From the NCBI GenBank assembly GCA_963802515.1, contig CAWDIX010000003.1, forward strand, positions 91,076-155,075: 64,000 bases of DNA, given 5' to 3'. The notes under the pieces were generated by a model. That model ran no database searches. It had not been told where the DNA came from and worked only from the letters and a program-made list of their open reading frames with translations. The translations under genes and the position numbers were made by a program. Shown here one piece after another: positions 39,653 through 48,577 of the stretch (its first letter is position 1; each line of letters starts with the position of its first letter). The DNA comes from an uncultured Verrucomicrobiae bacterium (GTDB lineage Bacteria; Verrucomicrobiota; Verrucomicrobiia; Limisphaerales; UBA11358).

Positions 39653-40977
39653 CTATTGGGCCGCAACTTTTGCCGGCTTTGCCAACGAGTCGTAGAGCAG
39701 AATGCCTCTGAGCAAATCCTCAGCCCGGGCGAGTTGTTGATCCTGGATTTTCGAGAGTTGCACGCGATTGGTTTCATTGAGCGATTCAAATCCACCGGGC
39801 GCGCGTTTGAACTGCAGCAGCGGCCTCCTCTTCGTCGCTCATTGGCACCACGATGTCCGGCATGATGCCGTGTTCGTGGATGACGCGATGGCTCGGCGTG
39901 TAATACTTCGCGGTCGTAAGCTTGAGCGCCGAGCCGTCGTCGAAGCGGGAAGATGCTCTGCACCGAACCTTTGCCGAATGTTTTCTCTCCCAGAATGATG
40001 GCGCGGTGCAAATCCTGCAAACAGCCGGTGACGATTTCCGACGCGCTGGCGCTGCTCAAATTGACCAGAATAACGACAGGCATGCCGTGCAATTCGTCGC
40101 CCCGCCCCGCCGCCAGCCGGACGGAATTCTGCGCGGGGTCGCGGCCTTCAGTGGAAACAATCAATTGGCCGCGCGGCAGAAATGTCTGGCAGACGTTCAC
40201 CGCTTCGTCGAGCAACCCGCCGGGATTCCAGCGCAAATCAAGTATCAGCGCCTTCATGCCCTGCGCCTGGAACTTTCGCAAGGCGCCTTCCAGTTCGTCG
40301 CCGGTGTTGTCACCGAATTGAGTGATGCAGACGTAACCGATTTTGTCATCCGGGAGCGGGAATTCCTCCCGGCCGTTGATGTCCTTGACCATTTCCATCT
40401 GGATGATGTCGCGTGTGAGTGTGAAATCCTTCACCATTCCGGATGACGGGCGTTGAATGGTCATGTTCACTTGCGTGCCCGGCTTGCCGCGCAATCTTTT
40501 CACCGCATCCTCCAATGGCATTTTCACCGCATCTTCGCCGTTGATTTTGATGATGCGGTCTCCGGCCAGAATGCCCGCGCGGAACCCCGGGGTATCTTCC
40601 ATCGGCGTAACGATGGTCACATAGTTGCTCCGCACTGTGACGACGAGGCCGAGTCCGCCGAACTGACCCTCGGTGTCATCCTGCAAGTCCTGATAGGCGG
40701 CGGGGTCCAGGAATTCGCTGTGCGGGTCGAGGACATTGACCATGCCTTTCACCGCCGCGTAAGTCAGGTCGCGATACGTCAAATTCCGGCCATCCACGTA
40801 ATCGGTGCGCACTTTTTGGAGCACGTCCGAAAACAAGTCCAGGCTCGGGCCCATGGCATCATTCTTCTCTGCCGCACGCGCGGAACTCAAATAAACCCAC
40901 GCGCCGGCAAAGAAATTCACCGCCAGCACTGAAATCACGAGACCATATATCAATCGACGTTTCATAATCCCCGGCAT
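39653..40977 (-). pseudogene. S41 carboxy-terminal processing protease with two frame breaks in the last ~100 codons
   Basis: PDZ AGILAGDRIIKING. SASASEIVTGCLQD and GEKTFGKGSVQSIFPL are in frame 0. DDGSALKLTTAKYYTPSHRVIHEHGIMPDIVVP is in frame +1. LLQFKRAPGGFESLNE...DQQLARAEDLLRGILLY..AAQ* is in frame +2. Confidence 0.85.
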
Positions 40978-40993
40978 GTTATCATAAAAACAG

Positions 40994-41701
40994 TCAAACT
41001 CGAAGAAAAACTCGAACCTGACTCCGCAGCAACGACTCGATGAACGGCAAATCGCCCGGCACGGTGACCTTGGGATTGGGCGCCACCCACGAAACGAGGC
41101 GGACCGGCTGGCCGATTAATTCGCACGCGGCCGTGTCGTCGGTGAACACCAGCTTGCACCGGCGCGCCTCCGCCAGCGCGCGGCGGATGACCTCGACGCG
41201 AAACGTCTGCGGCGTTTGCACCGACCACAGCCGCGAACGGTCAAGCGTGCGTTGCACGAATCTGGCGTTGGCGGATTCCTTGATCGTGTCCGTCACCGGT
41301 TGGGCGGCGACGGCCGCCCCGGTCTCTTCGGCCCGTCTGATGGTTGCCGCAATCAGTTCTTCGCTCGTGCAAGGCCGCGCCGCGTCGTGAATGGCCACGA
41401 TCCTGACCGTCTCCGACAACGCTTCCAGGCCGTTCCAGACCGAGTCCTGCCGTTCCGCCCCTCCCACGACTATGCGGAATGTCTTTTGAAATTTGAATTT
41501 CTCCGCCAATTTTTCAAACGACGGCAGCATCCCCTTGCGCACGACCAAAATGATTTCATCAATGCACTTCGCGTCGTTGAACCGCTGCCAGGTGTGGGCG
41601 ACGACGGGACGCCCGGCTGCTTCGAGGAACAATTTGTTCACCCTTGGTCCCATGCGGGAGCTTTTGCCGGCGGCCACCAGTATTGCGGCGTTCATTTTCA
41701 C
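40994..41701 (-). CDS. ispD: 2-C-methyl-D-erythritol 4-phosphate cytidylyltransferase
   Basis: AAILVAAGKSSRMG, ILVHDAARP-like VAIHDAARPC, 235 aa. Confidence 0.93.
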   Translation of the reverse strand: MKMNAAILVAAGKSSRMGPRVNKLFLEAAGRPVVAHTWQRFNDAKCIDEIILVVRKGMLPSFEKLAEKFKFQKTFRIVVGGAERQDSVWNGLEALSETVRIVAIHDAARPCTSEELIAATIRRAEETGAAVAAQPVTDTIKESANARFVQRTLDRSRLWSVQTPQTFRVEVIRRALAEARRCKLVFTDDTAACELIGQPVRLVSWVAPNPKVTVPGDLPFIESLLRSQVRVFLRV

Positions 41702-41879
41702 AGTGTGCCGATTGAAGATTTTTCTGCAAGTCCAGCTTCGGCCCGTCCACCCGTCGAGCGTAAGCTATTCTGTAACATGGCAAACAAGCTTACAAGGGGT
41801 ATCCTTTGAAAATTAAAACCGGACAACAGGCAATGCAAAGTGGGGGCTTTAACATCACTCACTGCCCGGTTCCTGCAGG

Positions 41880-42145
41880 ACATTCTGGTTGAATTGCCGC
41901 CGGTGCCCGGAATGGTCAGTCCGTTATTGACCCATGCTACCATCGGGCTAGCTTGCGACGTAGCATCCACGCCGCTCCAGGACAAATCCATCGTGCCGTC
42001 ATGGTTTTTGTCGAGGGCCAACGAGACGCAATAAACCGTGCATGTGCCGCGCTGCCCGGTATCAATGTCCGGCATCGTCACCAACGCCGCCGGCCCGGCT
42101 TCCGTCGCGAAGAAATCGCCATAGGGTGATAGCACCCCAGTTGTG
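41880..42145 (-). pseudogene. orphan internal fragment of a paralog of the giant secreted protein gene
   Basis: Translation (TTGV)LSPYGDFFATEAGPAALVTMPDIDTG..GTCTVYCVSL.LDKNHDG.MDLS.SG.DATSQASPM.AW.NNG parallels the giant protein sequence. 42062-42145 matches 45559-45642 with one mismatch. No start or remainder of the gene is present. Confidence 0.8.
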
Positions 42146-42152
42146 AAGTGAA

Positions 42153-42487
42153 GTGAAGGGGTCAGGCCGTGAATAGTGGTATTTAAGCATATTCAAACCC
42201 GGCTTTCGTTCTTACGCTCTTCATCCATTCCTTTTAACCGACGCTGTTTCATTCGGTTCAGTTCAGCATCCGGGGTTCCCTGCACCTGCCCGATGGCCTT
42301 CGACACCCCGGATTGCGATCGAGGTCATCGGCAAATATCGCCTGCCCTTGGTTCCCGCGCGCCATCACATGGTAAGCGGCCCCGGCATATTCGATTCGTA
42401 GCGCTTCGCGCCATCGCCGGATGGCTTTTCCTCCCGCCGCCTCCCTGTCAATCCCATTTTCCATTATTCACGGCCCGACCCCTTCAC
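42153..42487. mobile_element. decayed IS200/RAYT-like (Y1 transposase) element bounded by 23-bp inverted repeats
   Basis: GTGAAGGGGTCAGGCCGTGAATA (42153-42175) versus the reverse complement of TATTCACGGCCCGACCCCTTCAC (42465-42487), 22/23 match. Minus-strand ORF 42258..42464 carries RIEYAGAAYHVMARGNQGQAIFADDLDR, a Y1-transposase N-terminal block, and is truncated. Confidence 0.6.
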
Positions 42488-42496
42488 GACCCCTTC

Positions 42497-42715
42497 ATGC
42501 CCGCCGCAGTGACTTTTCTTATGAGCCAAGCGGTGGCACCAGGCAGCACGATGCGGACCGATGGCTGGGGTGGCTACAACGGGTTGAACGAGCTGGGTTA
42601 CCGACACAAGGTCATCCGCCCGACGCCTGCGGTGGGAGTGAATTTGCTGCCGCTGGCCAACCGGGTGGCGGCCCTGTTGAAACGCTGGTTGCCCTGGGGC
42701 GGAGCTGGGGCGTGA
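42497..42715 (+). mobile_element. IS1595-family (ISXO2-like) transposase C-terminal fragment
   Basis: VAPGSTMRTDGWGGYNGLNELGYRHKVI...NLLPLANRVAALLKRWL matches the ..PGS.I.TD.W.GY..L...GY.H..V...N..E...S.LKR.L block. The catalytic N-terminal part is absent. Confidence 0.6.
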
Positions 42716-42801
42716 CGGCATGACGGCTGGCCTTTCCTTCGCAGCCGGCATGACGACACGCTCCAGCGCAGAGGGGATTGACCGGACGTTGCCAGGCCTG
42801 G

Positions 42802-43839
42802 CTATTGTGGTTCCAGATTCCGCGAGCCGTCGGGGTTGTAATAATATTCCAACGAAGTGTACAGCGGTGTCTTGGCTCTCATATGAATCCCCATCCGCAA
42901 ATAGCCGTCTGGAAGCTTCACGAAGTAGGATTTATTCACCGTGTCTGACCAGCCCGGTTGATCCTTGCTCATGTCAATTTCAATTGATTGCTGGTAGCCT
43001 GAGTCGGGCGCAACAAAATTAAATTGGTTAGTGGATTCAGCCAATCCACCGCCGGGGACAGTAAGGCGAACAGACCAGTCATAAGGCGTAGGACTCCAGT
43101 TTTTCGGCGTGTCGCCCGCAGCTTCAATTTGGAGCGTTCCAACCACCTGCTTGTCCTGCTGGCCGTAAAATTCAACGGTTGCGCTTCCACTGTTCACTGG
43201 CACATCTGCCCCGCCGCGCCGATGAACGAGCGGTACAGGATGACCCTTGCTGTGCATACGGAATATCCGGGCATTTGCCTCGCTGTCCTCGCGTACCCCA
43301 TCTCTTGGTGGGCTGCGAACATCAAAACCAGTGGAGTTGTCCGGATACGGATAATAGTTGGAATGAGATAATTCAAACATCAGCCCAATGCCATAGAGAC
43401 CATCAATCTTGAAAATCCCCCGCTCGTCGGTGGTGACCGATCCTTCGTTGCGGGTTTCTTCGGTAAGCGCTTCGTTGGCGGAGTTTCCGCCGTATGACAC
43501 CTTTACACCTGCAATGGGTTGATTGCTCTCATCAACCACCTTCCCATAATAAAGTAACGGGGTGCGCCATAGCAGAGATCTATTTGCCAGTGCTCGTTTG
43601 GTCTGCTCGATCCGCGCTAGAAAGTCTTGTGCTTCGCGTGTCGGAGGCGCAACCGTTTGCATTGTGTTTGATTGAGCCACAACTTGGCGGTCTGTTTTTT
43701 GGATTGCGGTCGGCCCATTAGTCTGCACGGTCTCAGCGCGCTCTAACGGCGGCAAAGGTGATGGGCGTCGAAAAAACAGCCAAACCAAAACGGCTATCAC
43801 ACAGACAAGCAGTATGATCAAATAAGTTTTACGTTTCAT
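42802..43839 (-). CDS. N-terminally anchored protein with carboxypeptidase-regulatory-like (CarboxypepD_reg) beta-sandwich
   Basis: TM YLIILLVCVIAVLVWLFF. YGKVVDESNQPIAGVKVSY...TTDERGIFKIDGL. Its ATG overlaps the upstream stop as ATGA. Confidence 0.65.
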   Translation of the reverse strand: MKRKTYLIILLVCVIAVLVWLFFRRPSPLPPLERAETVQTNGPTAIQKTDRQVVAQSNTMQTVAPPTREAQDFLARIEQTKRALANRSLLWRTPLLYYGKVVDESNQPIAGVKVSYGGNSANEALTEETRNEGSVTTDERGIFKIDGLYGIGLMFELSHSNYYPYPDNSTGFDVRSPPRDGVREDSEANARIFRMHSKGHPVPLVHRRGGADVPVNSGSATVEFYGQQDKQVVGTLQIEAAGDTPKNWSPTPYDWSVRLTVPGGGLAESTNQFNFVAPDSGYQQSIEIDMSKDQPGWSDTVNKSYFVKLPDGYLRMGIHMRAKTPLYTSLEYYYNPDGSRNLEPQ

Positions 43840-46800
43840 AGTTTTGGCCGAATGTCGAATCCAGTGTCTAGCAGTACCCGGTAAAACGGCATCGCATTTT
43901 GAATCGTCTTGAAAAATTCGCCGCCGTGGTCTGACCTCGAATCGCCAAACCTTGCGCCAGCCACGAATCCCAAGCTGGCATCTTGAAGGCTGATATTCGT
44001 GCTAATAACTCCACCAGTTAATGCAAATGGCGTGTATTTCAAGCCTGCTGCACCTATCGCCTTTGTACGTGACCGTGCCACGTAGGATTTTTTCTCAAAG
44101 TCATCGGTGAGCGTGCGGGTGGACATGACGCTGCCAAAAACATCCGTGGACTTTTTAAAACAATTCGTTCCGTCAAACGAATAAAACCAGCCCGGGCTAA
44201 AGATGGTATGATCCGGCCTGAAAAGCAGTTGGGTCTCTTCCCAGGAAACAGTATGAAAAGCGCCTTGGTAACAAGCGAAGTCGTCATCGTTGTAGAAGTT
44301 CACGCGCCGCGTCGCATTCGTGGAGCAATTATTATAGCCACCCAGGGAGTCAGCGTCGGGCGTATTGGTGGCGCTCGTTGCCAGATAGCCGTAAGTTAGA
44401 CTGGGATTGTTGCCGTCGAAGGCCTCGGCGGGGAACGTCACCTTGGACAACACCAAATTATCTACCTGCGCTCCCAGCCGGACCGCGGCATTGGCCGTAA
44501 TGCCTCCCTCGCTTACGGTGAATATATTGACGGTGTAATCGGGAAACCGATTATGCAGGTCATCAATGTAGTTCTTCAGAGCCGCGGCACTCTGCCAGGA
44601 AATGTATTCGCCCTTATTGTAGTTGAAATAGCTGATTTCGTTGGTGCTGGTCGGCCATGTGCTCCAAGTGGGGCTGGGCCACCGGAAGGCAGCGTACCGC
44701 CCGTGGTAGCCTTGCCAATAGAGCCGCTTGAAAATCGTCTGGGCGGTGGATTCATAGTCAAATTGTTTGTTGTTAAGGCCGTGAACATAGACGATTATTT
44801 GTTTGTCCTGCGCGGCATCGGTGACCGTCGCGTAGCTGTCCATATGGAACGCGCCGGAATTGGTGGTGGGCGGATCATTCAGCGAAACATCGGACGCGCG
44901 CGGATGCTCAAAGAAGTCTTTCATGTCATGCAAATCAATATAGGCCGACGTTTGGGCGATGGTGTTGCCGTTTTGTGAAATGGTCATCGTCAACTGCCCT
45001 TCGCCAATACCCGCTCCCTCAAACAGAAAATGCGTGTATAGAAGATTGCCATAGCTGTCCATCTGCAACGTGCAACTCTGGCTGTTGCTGATGGTGCATA
45101 ACGCCCTGTCATAGTAGGCCGAGCCGGTTTGCGTCGCCGCGATGTTCGTGTCGGTCAGATAGCCGGTGCCGCCGTTGGTTTCACAGCTATAATAAAGATT
45201 GATCGCTGGATTTCCACTGACCGGCGACATGCTCAACGTAACCGTGTAGCCTTGACCGACTGACAACTGAGGCACGCCGCAAATCCATAGCCGGAAGCAA
45301 TTTTCCAAATCCCGTTGGCAGGTGATTTCGCCCTGGGCGCAGTTCGCATTTTTCGGGTCGTTCAGTGGCAGCGGCAAATCCTGATCCAAGCTGCCATTGT
45401 TGCCCGGTTTAATGTATCCGTTGTTGAACCATGCGATCATGGGGGATGCTTGCGACGTGGCATCGGCCCCGGAGAAGGAGAGGTCCATTATCCCGTCATG
45501 GTTCTTATCCAATACCAGAGAAACGCAATAGACCGTGCAGGTGCCTTGCGCGCCTGTGTCAATGTCCGGCATCGTCACCAACGCCGCCGGCCCGGCTTCC
45601 GTCGCGAAGAAATCGCCATAGGGTGACAGCACCCCAGTTGTGTTGGTGGTGACATTGCCATTGTCGTCAATCTGGTAAGCCTGATCGAAGTATTGGCCGA
45701 GGTAGCCAAAGACGCCGTTGTAGCCATTGGTGACCGCCAGCTTGGCATAACCATTGACCCGAAAGGCATACGGCCCATAAATGCTGCCCACTGGGAAATA
45801 GGTAACACCCACCGACGTAATCAGCAACCGACTCGTGTTGGTCGGGGAGAAACCCGCCTGGCCCGGAAGCAAATCATTATATGGCCAATTCACGTTCCAA
45901 AAATCGTATCCCATCTTTTGAAACTGCGGCTGCGCCGTTTCGGGATAAAAATAGCCTCCATTGCCTCCCGCCGTGGTCGTGTTCCCCGCCGTCAACACAT
46001 TGGTTCCGAAGCTGCTCCCGGCGTTATACCCGATATTCACCGACCGGATCGGCAGCCCGTACCAGTTGCTGGCATTGTTGAACAATCCGTTCACCCCCCC
46101 GGAATTGGTGGCCCCGATTTTCCATAACCAATCGAATGGGGAGTCCACAGCGTAAGTGGCCAACCACCGCGTGCTGTTCGTGGCCAGCAACGAAGCAATG
46201 TCGGCCTCGTTGGTCGAGGGTGGTTGAAATTGATTGGAAGTTGGATACAGCAAATATAATCCGCCCCCGAAGTCACCGTAACCGCCATCAAAACCCGAGC
46301 CGGGAATGTAATTCCCGCCGTAGTTGCCGCCCGCGCCGGTCGTTATGCGGCCATTTTGATCCAGATTGGGCGACCCAAAAACAAAGTTCTGGTAGCGATA
46401 ATTGTTTTCAAATGGCCAATACGCATCGAAGGAACCAATGTTTTCATACCAGAAGGGATCATTGGCGTTTTCATCCAGTTGGTAAAATCCGGCGTACGCA
46501 TAACCTGCGGGATTAACAAAATTATAAATGTCAAAATTGTTCGTATTCGCCCCAAGATAAACAAATGGCGAATCCACTGGTGCCGCCCGCAGCAGGAAAA
46601 TCAAGTTCTGTTTGAGTTGTGCCCGTCCATCGAAATAAGGCGGCACCAGCCAACCTCGGTCGTCTTCAACCCCGAAATTGTATCCCTGATAAAGCGCCCC
46701 GGTCGCGGTGGGCAGACCGTTGGTGTTGAGCGTTTGCACAGTCCATGCGTAATTGGCAGCACGTCCATAGGCATCGGGTTGCATCACACTCCAGGACGAC

Positions 46801-48215
46801 GGGATTAAATATAGGCCGTTGGTTGAATTGCTGACCGGAATGTCAAAATTCGTCAGGTAGGGAGCATTGCCCCCTTGCCCGTAAGCATAGTCATCAAACC
46901 GTGTCACTCGCAACGTTACGGTGCCCGCCGGAATAATCGGCACCGCCACATACGCCGACCCCTGCGGCCCGGCAATAAACGCCGCAACGAGAGTTTTTTG
47001 ATCCAGTTGCGCTGGCCCGGCCCAAGCGGAATCCCCAAGCGTGCCGTAGTGCGCCTGGACTTCATAGGAAACCATTAAGATGTTTCCCCACATGGGATCA
47101 GGCACATTTGTTGATACATTGTCCACAAAACTGCTGATGTTGGTTCCCAAATCATAGTCTGTGGTTTGACCTGTCCACGCATCATGTTTTTGCAAGGTGT
47201 AACCCGTGACCGAGCCGGGTGAAGGCTGCCAGCTTATGACTGCCGTGCTGCTACCTGCGTTATAGGAAGCGGTCAATCCTTGCGGCGCGGGCGGCGTGTA
47301 AAACACGTTCGGATTCATTCCATTTTGGAATTTCTGGAGATTATTCCAGCCGTCGCCCGCCGGGTTTCCGTAAGGGTCAACATCAGTATGCCCGAAATAC
47401 TGAAGTTGCCACCAGATCGGCAGGCCGCTCCCATCGTCCGCCCAGGAGCGAATTCTGAAAAAGGCATTGTTGGTCAGGCTCACATTGGTCACGACCATTG
47501 CCGTCCAATTGGTCAGTTCCGAGCCGAGCACAAAGCCCGCGCTCAACCACTGCGTCGCGAGCAAATCGGGCGTGTATTGAATCTCGTAGGAAATATCCGC
47601 CATTGTATTTGAGACCATGCCCGCTGCGTTACTCGACGATAACATGAAATTCGCAATCCAAAGATTCGTGCCGTAATCAACCGGCGATGAATTCATGTCC
47701 ATCGGATTCATTTCATCGGACACGCCCATCATCGCGTTCAACGCCGCGTTCATCTGCGCCTCCTCAACTTGGCTGATCAAATTCAGCACCATATTTCCCT
47801 CCATCTGGAGGAGGGTGGCAGAGTTTATGCCAAGTTGAGCCTGGCGTGCGTTAGGCTGCGGCACGACACCGCCGGTCGCGTCCACAAGAAACTGTCCTTT
47901 GAAACCCAATGAGAAAACCGGAGTGCTCGCTGGATCGTATTCGGATGGGAGAAATGGTAATGGGGCGGGCGGTTGTGCGCCGGAAATGACCCAAAACGTC
48001 CCGAATTTCGGTATTTGGTCTGCCGTCACCAGTGACAAGCCTTGCGCCTCCGCCGCAATCTGCACTACCGAATCGGGCTGGCCGTCCGGCGAAGTGGCAC
48101 TGCCGGAGACGGGTTGAACTTGCGCAGTGACGACTTGGGCATGAATGAACCCTGACAACGCAATGAGACCGCCGATGATTGCCGAACCTCCGAGAATGCT
48201 CTTGATTGCTTTCAT
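43836..48215 (-). CDS. giant secreted protein (~1459 aa) with FN3 domain and C-terminal DUF900-like alpha/beta-hydrolase (esterase/lipase) domain
   Basis: Signal peptide MKAIKSILGGSAIIGGLIALSGFIHAQ from the ATG at 48215. FN3-like PPAPQGLTASYNAGSSTAVISWQPSPGSVTGYTLQK. C-terminus IIVYVHGLNNK...AAFRWPS...VNIFTVSEGG...NDDDFA...SDHGGEF. Confidence 0.8.
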   Translation of the reverse strand: MKAIKSILGGSAIIGGLIALSGFIHAQVVTAQVQPVSGSATSPDGQPDSVVQIAAEAQGLSLVTADQIPKFGTFWVISGAQPPAPLPFLPSEYDPASTPVFSLGFKGQFLVDATGGVVPQPNARQAQLGINSATLLQMEGNMVLNLISQVEEAQMNAALNAMMGVSDEMNPMDMNSSPVDYGTNLWIANFMLSSSNAAGMVSNTMADISYEIQYTPDLLATQWLSAGFVLGSELTNWTAMVVTNVSLTNNAFFRIRSWADDGSGLPIWWQLQYFGHTDVDPYGNPAGDGWNNLQKFQNGMNPNVFYTPPAPQGLTASYNAGSSTAVISWQPSPGSVTGYTLQKHDAWTGQTTDYDLGTNISSFVDNVSTNVPDPMWGNILMVSYEVQAHYGTLGDSAWAGPAQLDQKTLVAAFIAGPQGSAYVAVPIIPAGTVTLRVTRFDDYAYGQGGNAPYLTNFDIPVSNSTNGLYLIPSSWSVMQPDAYGRAANYAWTVQTLNTNGLPTATGALYQGYNFGVEDDRGWLVPPYFDGRAQLKQNLIFLLRAAPVDSPFVYLGANTNNFDIYNFVNPAGYAYAGFYQLDENANDPFWYENIGSFDAYWPFENNYRYQNFVFGSPNLDQNGRITTGAGGNYGGNYIPGSGFDGGYGDFGGGLYLLYPTSNQFQPPSTNEADIASLLATNSTRWLATYAVDSPFDWLWKIGATNSGGVNGLFNNASNWYGLPIRSVNIGYNAGSSFGTNVLTAGNTTTAGGNGGYFYPETAQPQFQKMGYDFWNVNWPYNDLLPGQAGFSPTNTSRLLITSVGVTYFPVGSIYGPYAFRVNGYAKLAVTNGYNGVFGYLGQYFDQAYQIDDNGNVTTNTTGVLSPYGDFFATEAGPAALVTMPDIDTGAQGTCTVYCVSLVLDKNHDGIMDLSFSGADATSQASPMIAWFNNGYIKPGNNGSLDQDLPLPLNDPKNANCAQGEITCQRDLENCFRLWICGVPQLSVGQGYTVTLSMSPVSGNPAINLYYSCETNGGTGYLTDTNIAATQTGSAYYDRALCTISNSQSCTLQMDSYGNLLYTHFLFEGAGIGEGQLTMTISQNGNTIAQTSAYIDLHDMKDFFEHPRASDVSLNDPPTTNSGAFHMDSYATVTDAAQDKQIIVYVHGLNNKQFDYESTAQTIFKRLYWQGYHGRYAAFRWPSPTWSTWPTSTNEISYFNYNKGEYISWQSAAALKNYIDDLHNRFPDYTVNIFTVSEGGITANAAVRLGAQVDNLVLSKVTFPAEAFDGNNPSLTYGYLATSATNTPDADSLGGYNNCSTNATRRVNFYNDDDFACYQGAFHTVSWEETQLLFRPDHTIFSPGWFYSFDGTNCFKKSTDVFGSVMSTRTLTDDFEKKSYVARSRTKAIGAAGLKYTPFALTGGVISTNISLQDASLGFVAGARFGDSRSDHGGEFFKTIQNAMPFYRVLLDTGFDIRPKL

Positions 48216-48316
48216 GGTTCCGTTTCTTTCCCGCGTCCTCGTTCCCTCAAACACATAGGGCGTGATTACTCACGTCCCATAACGGGCACTGGTATGCCCT
48301 CCAAAGAACGCTTTCG

Positions 48317-48338
48317 GCACGCCCCGTCTGGGGCGTGC
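48317..48338. terminator. GC hairpin between recJ and the giant gene
   Basis: GCACGCCCC-gtct-GGGGCGTGC, a 9-bp stem, flanked by CTTTCG/CGAAAG. Confidence 0.4.
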
Positions 48339-48577
48339 TTCGAAAGCTGCCAATGGAGTGAAATTACCAGTTTCGTTATGGACAGCAGCCGAAGCCGCAG
48401 ATTTGTCTTTGTTGTTTTAGATTTCTACATTCGTTTTGGAACTTCTTGTGTGACGATGCGGTTCTACGCCCTTGCCTGAAACTTGCAAGAATTTTTTCAG
48501 AAAACTTTCAACACTTTTTTGCTGAATGAAGAACAAAAAAGGCTGCAACATCGGGCACTTTTCAATTTGCAGGAACG

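Noticed and set aside
39770-39800. tRNA-like T-loop string GCGATTCAAATCCAC
   Set aside because: No complementary T-stem, acceptor stem or anticodon arm can be drawn, and it lies inside the S41 protease coding sequence.
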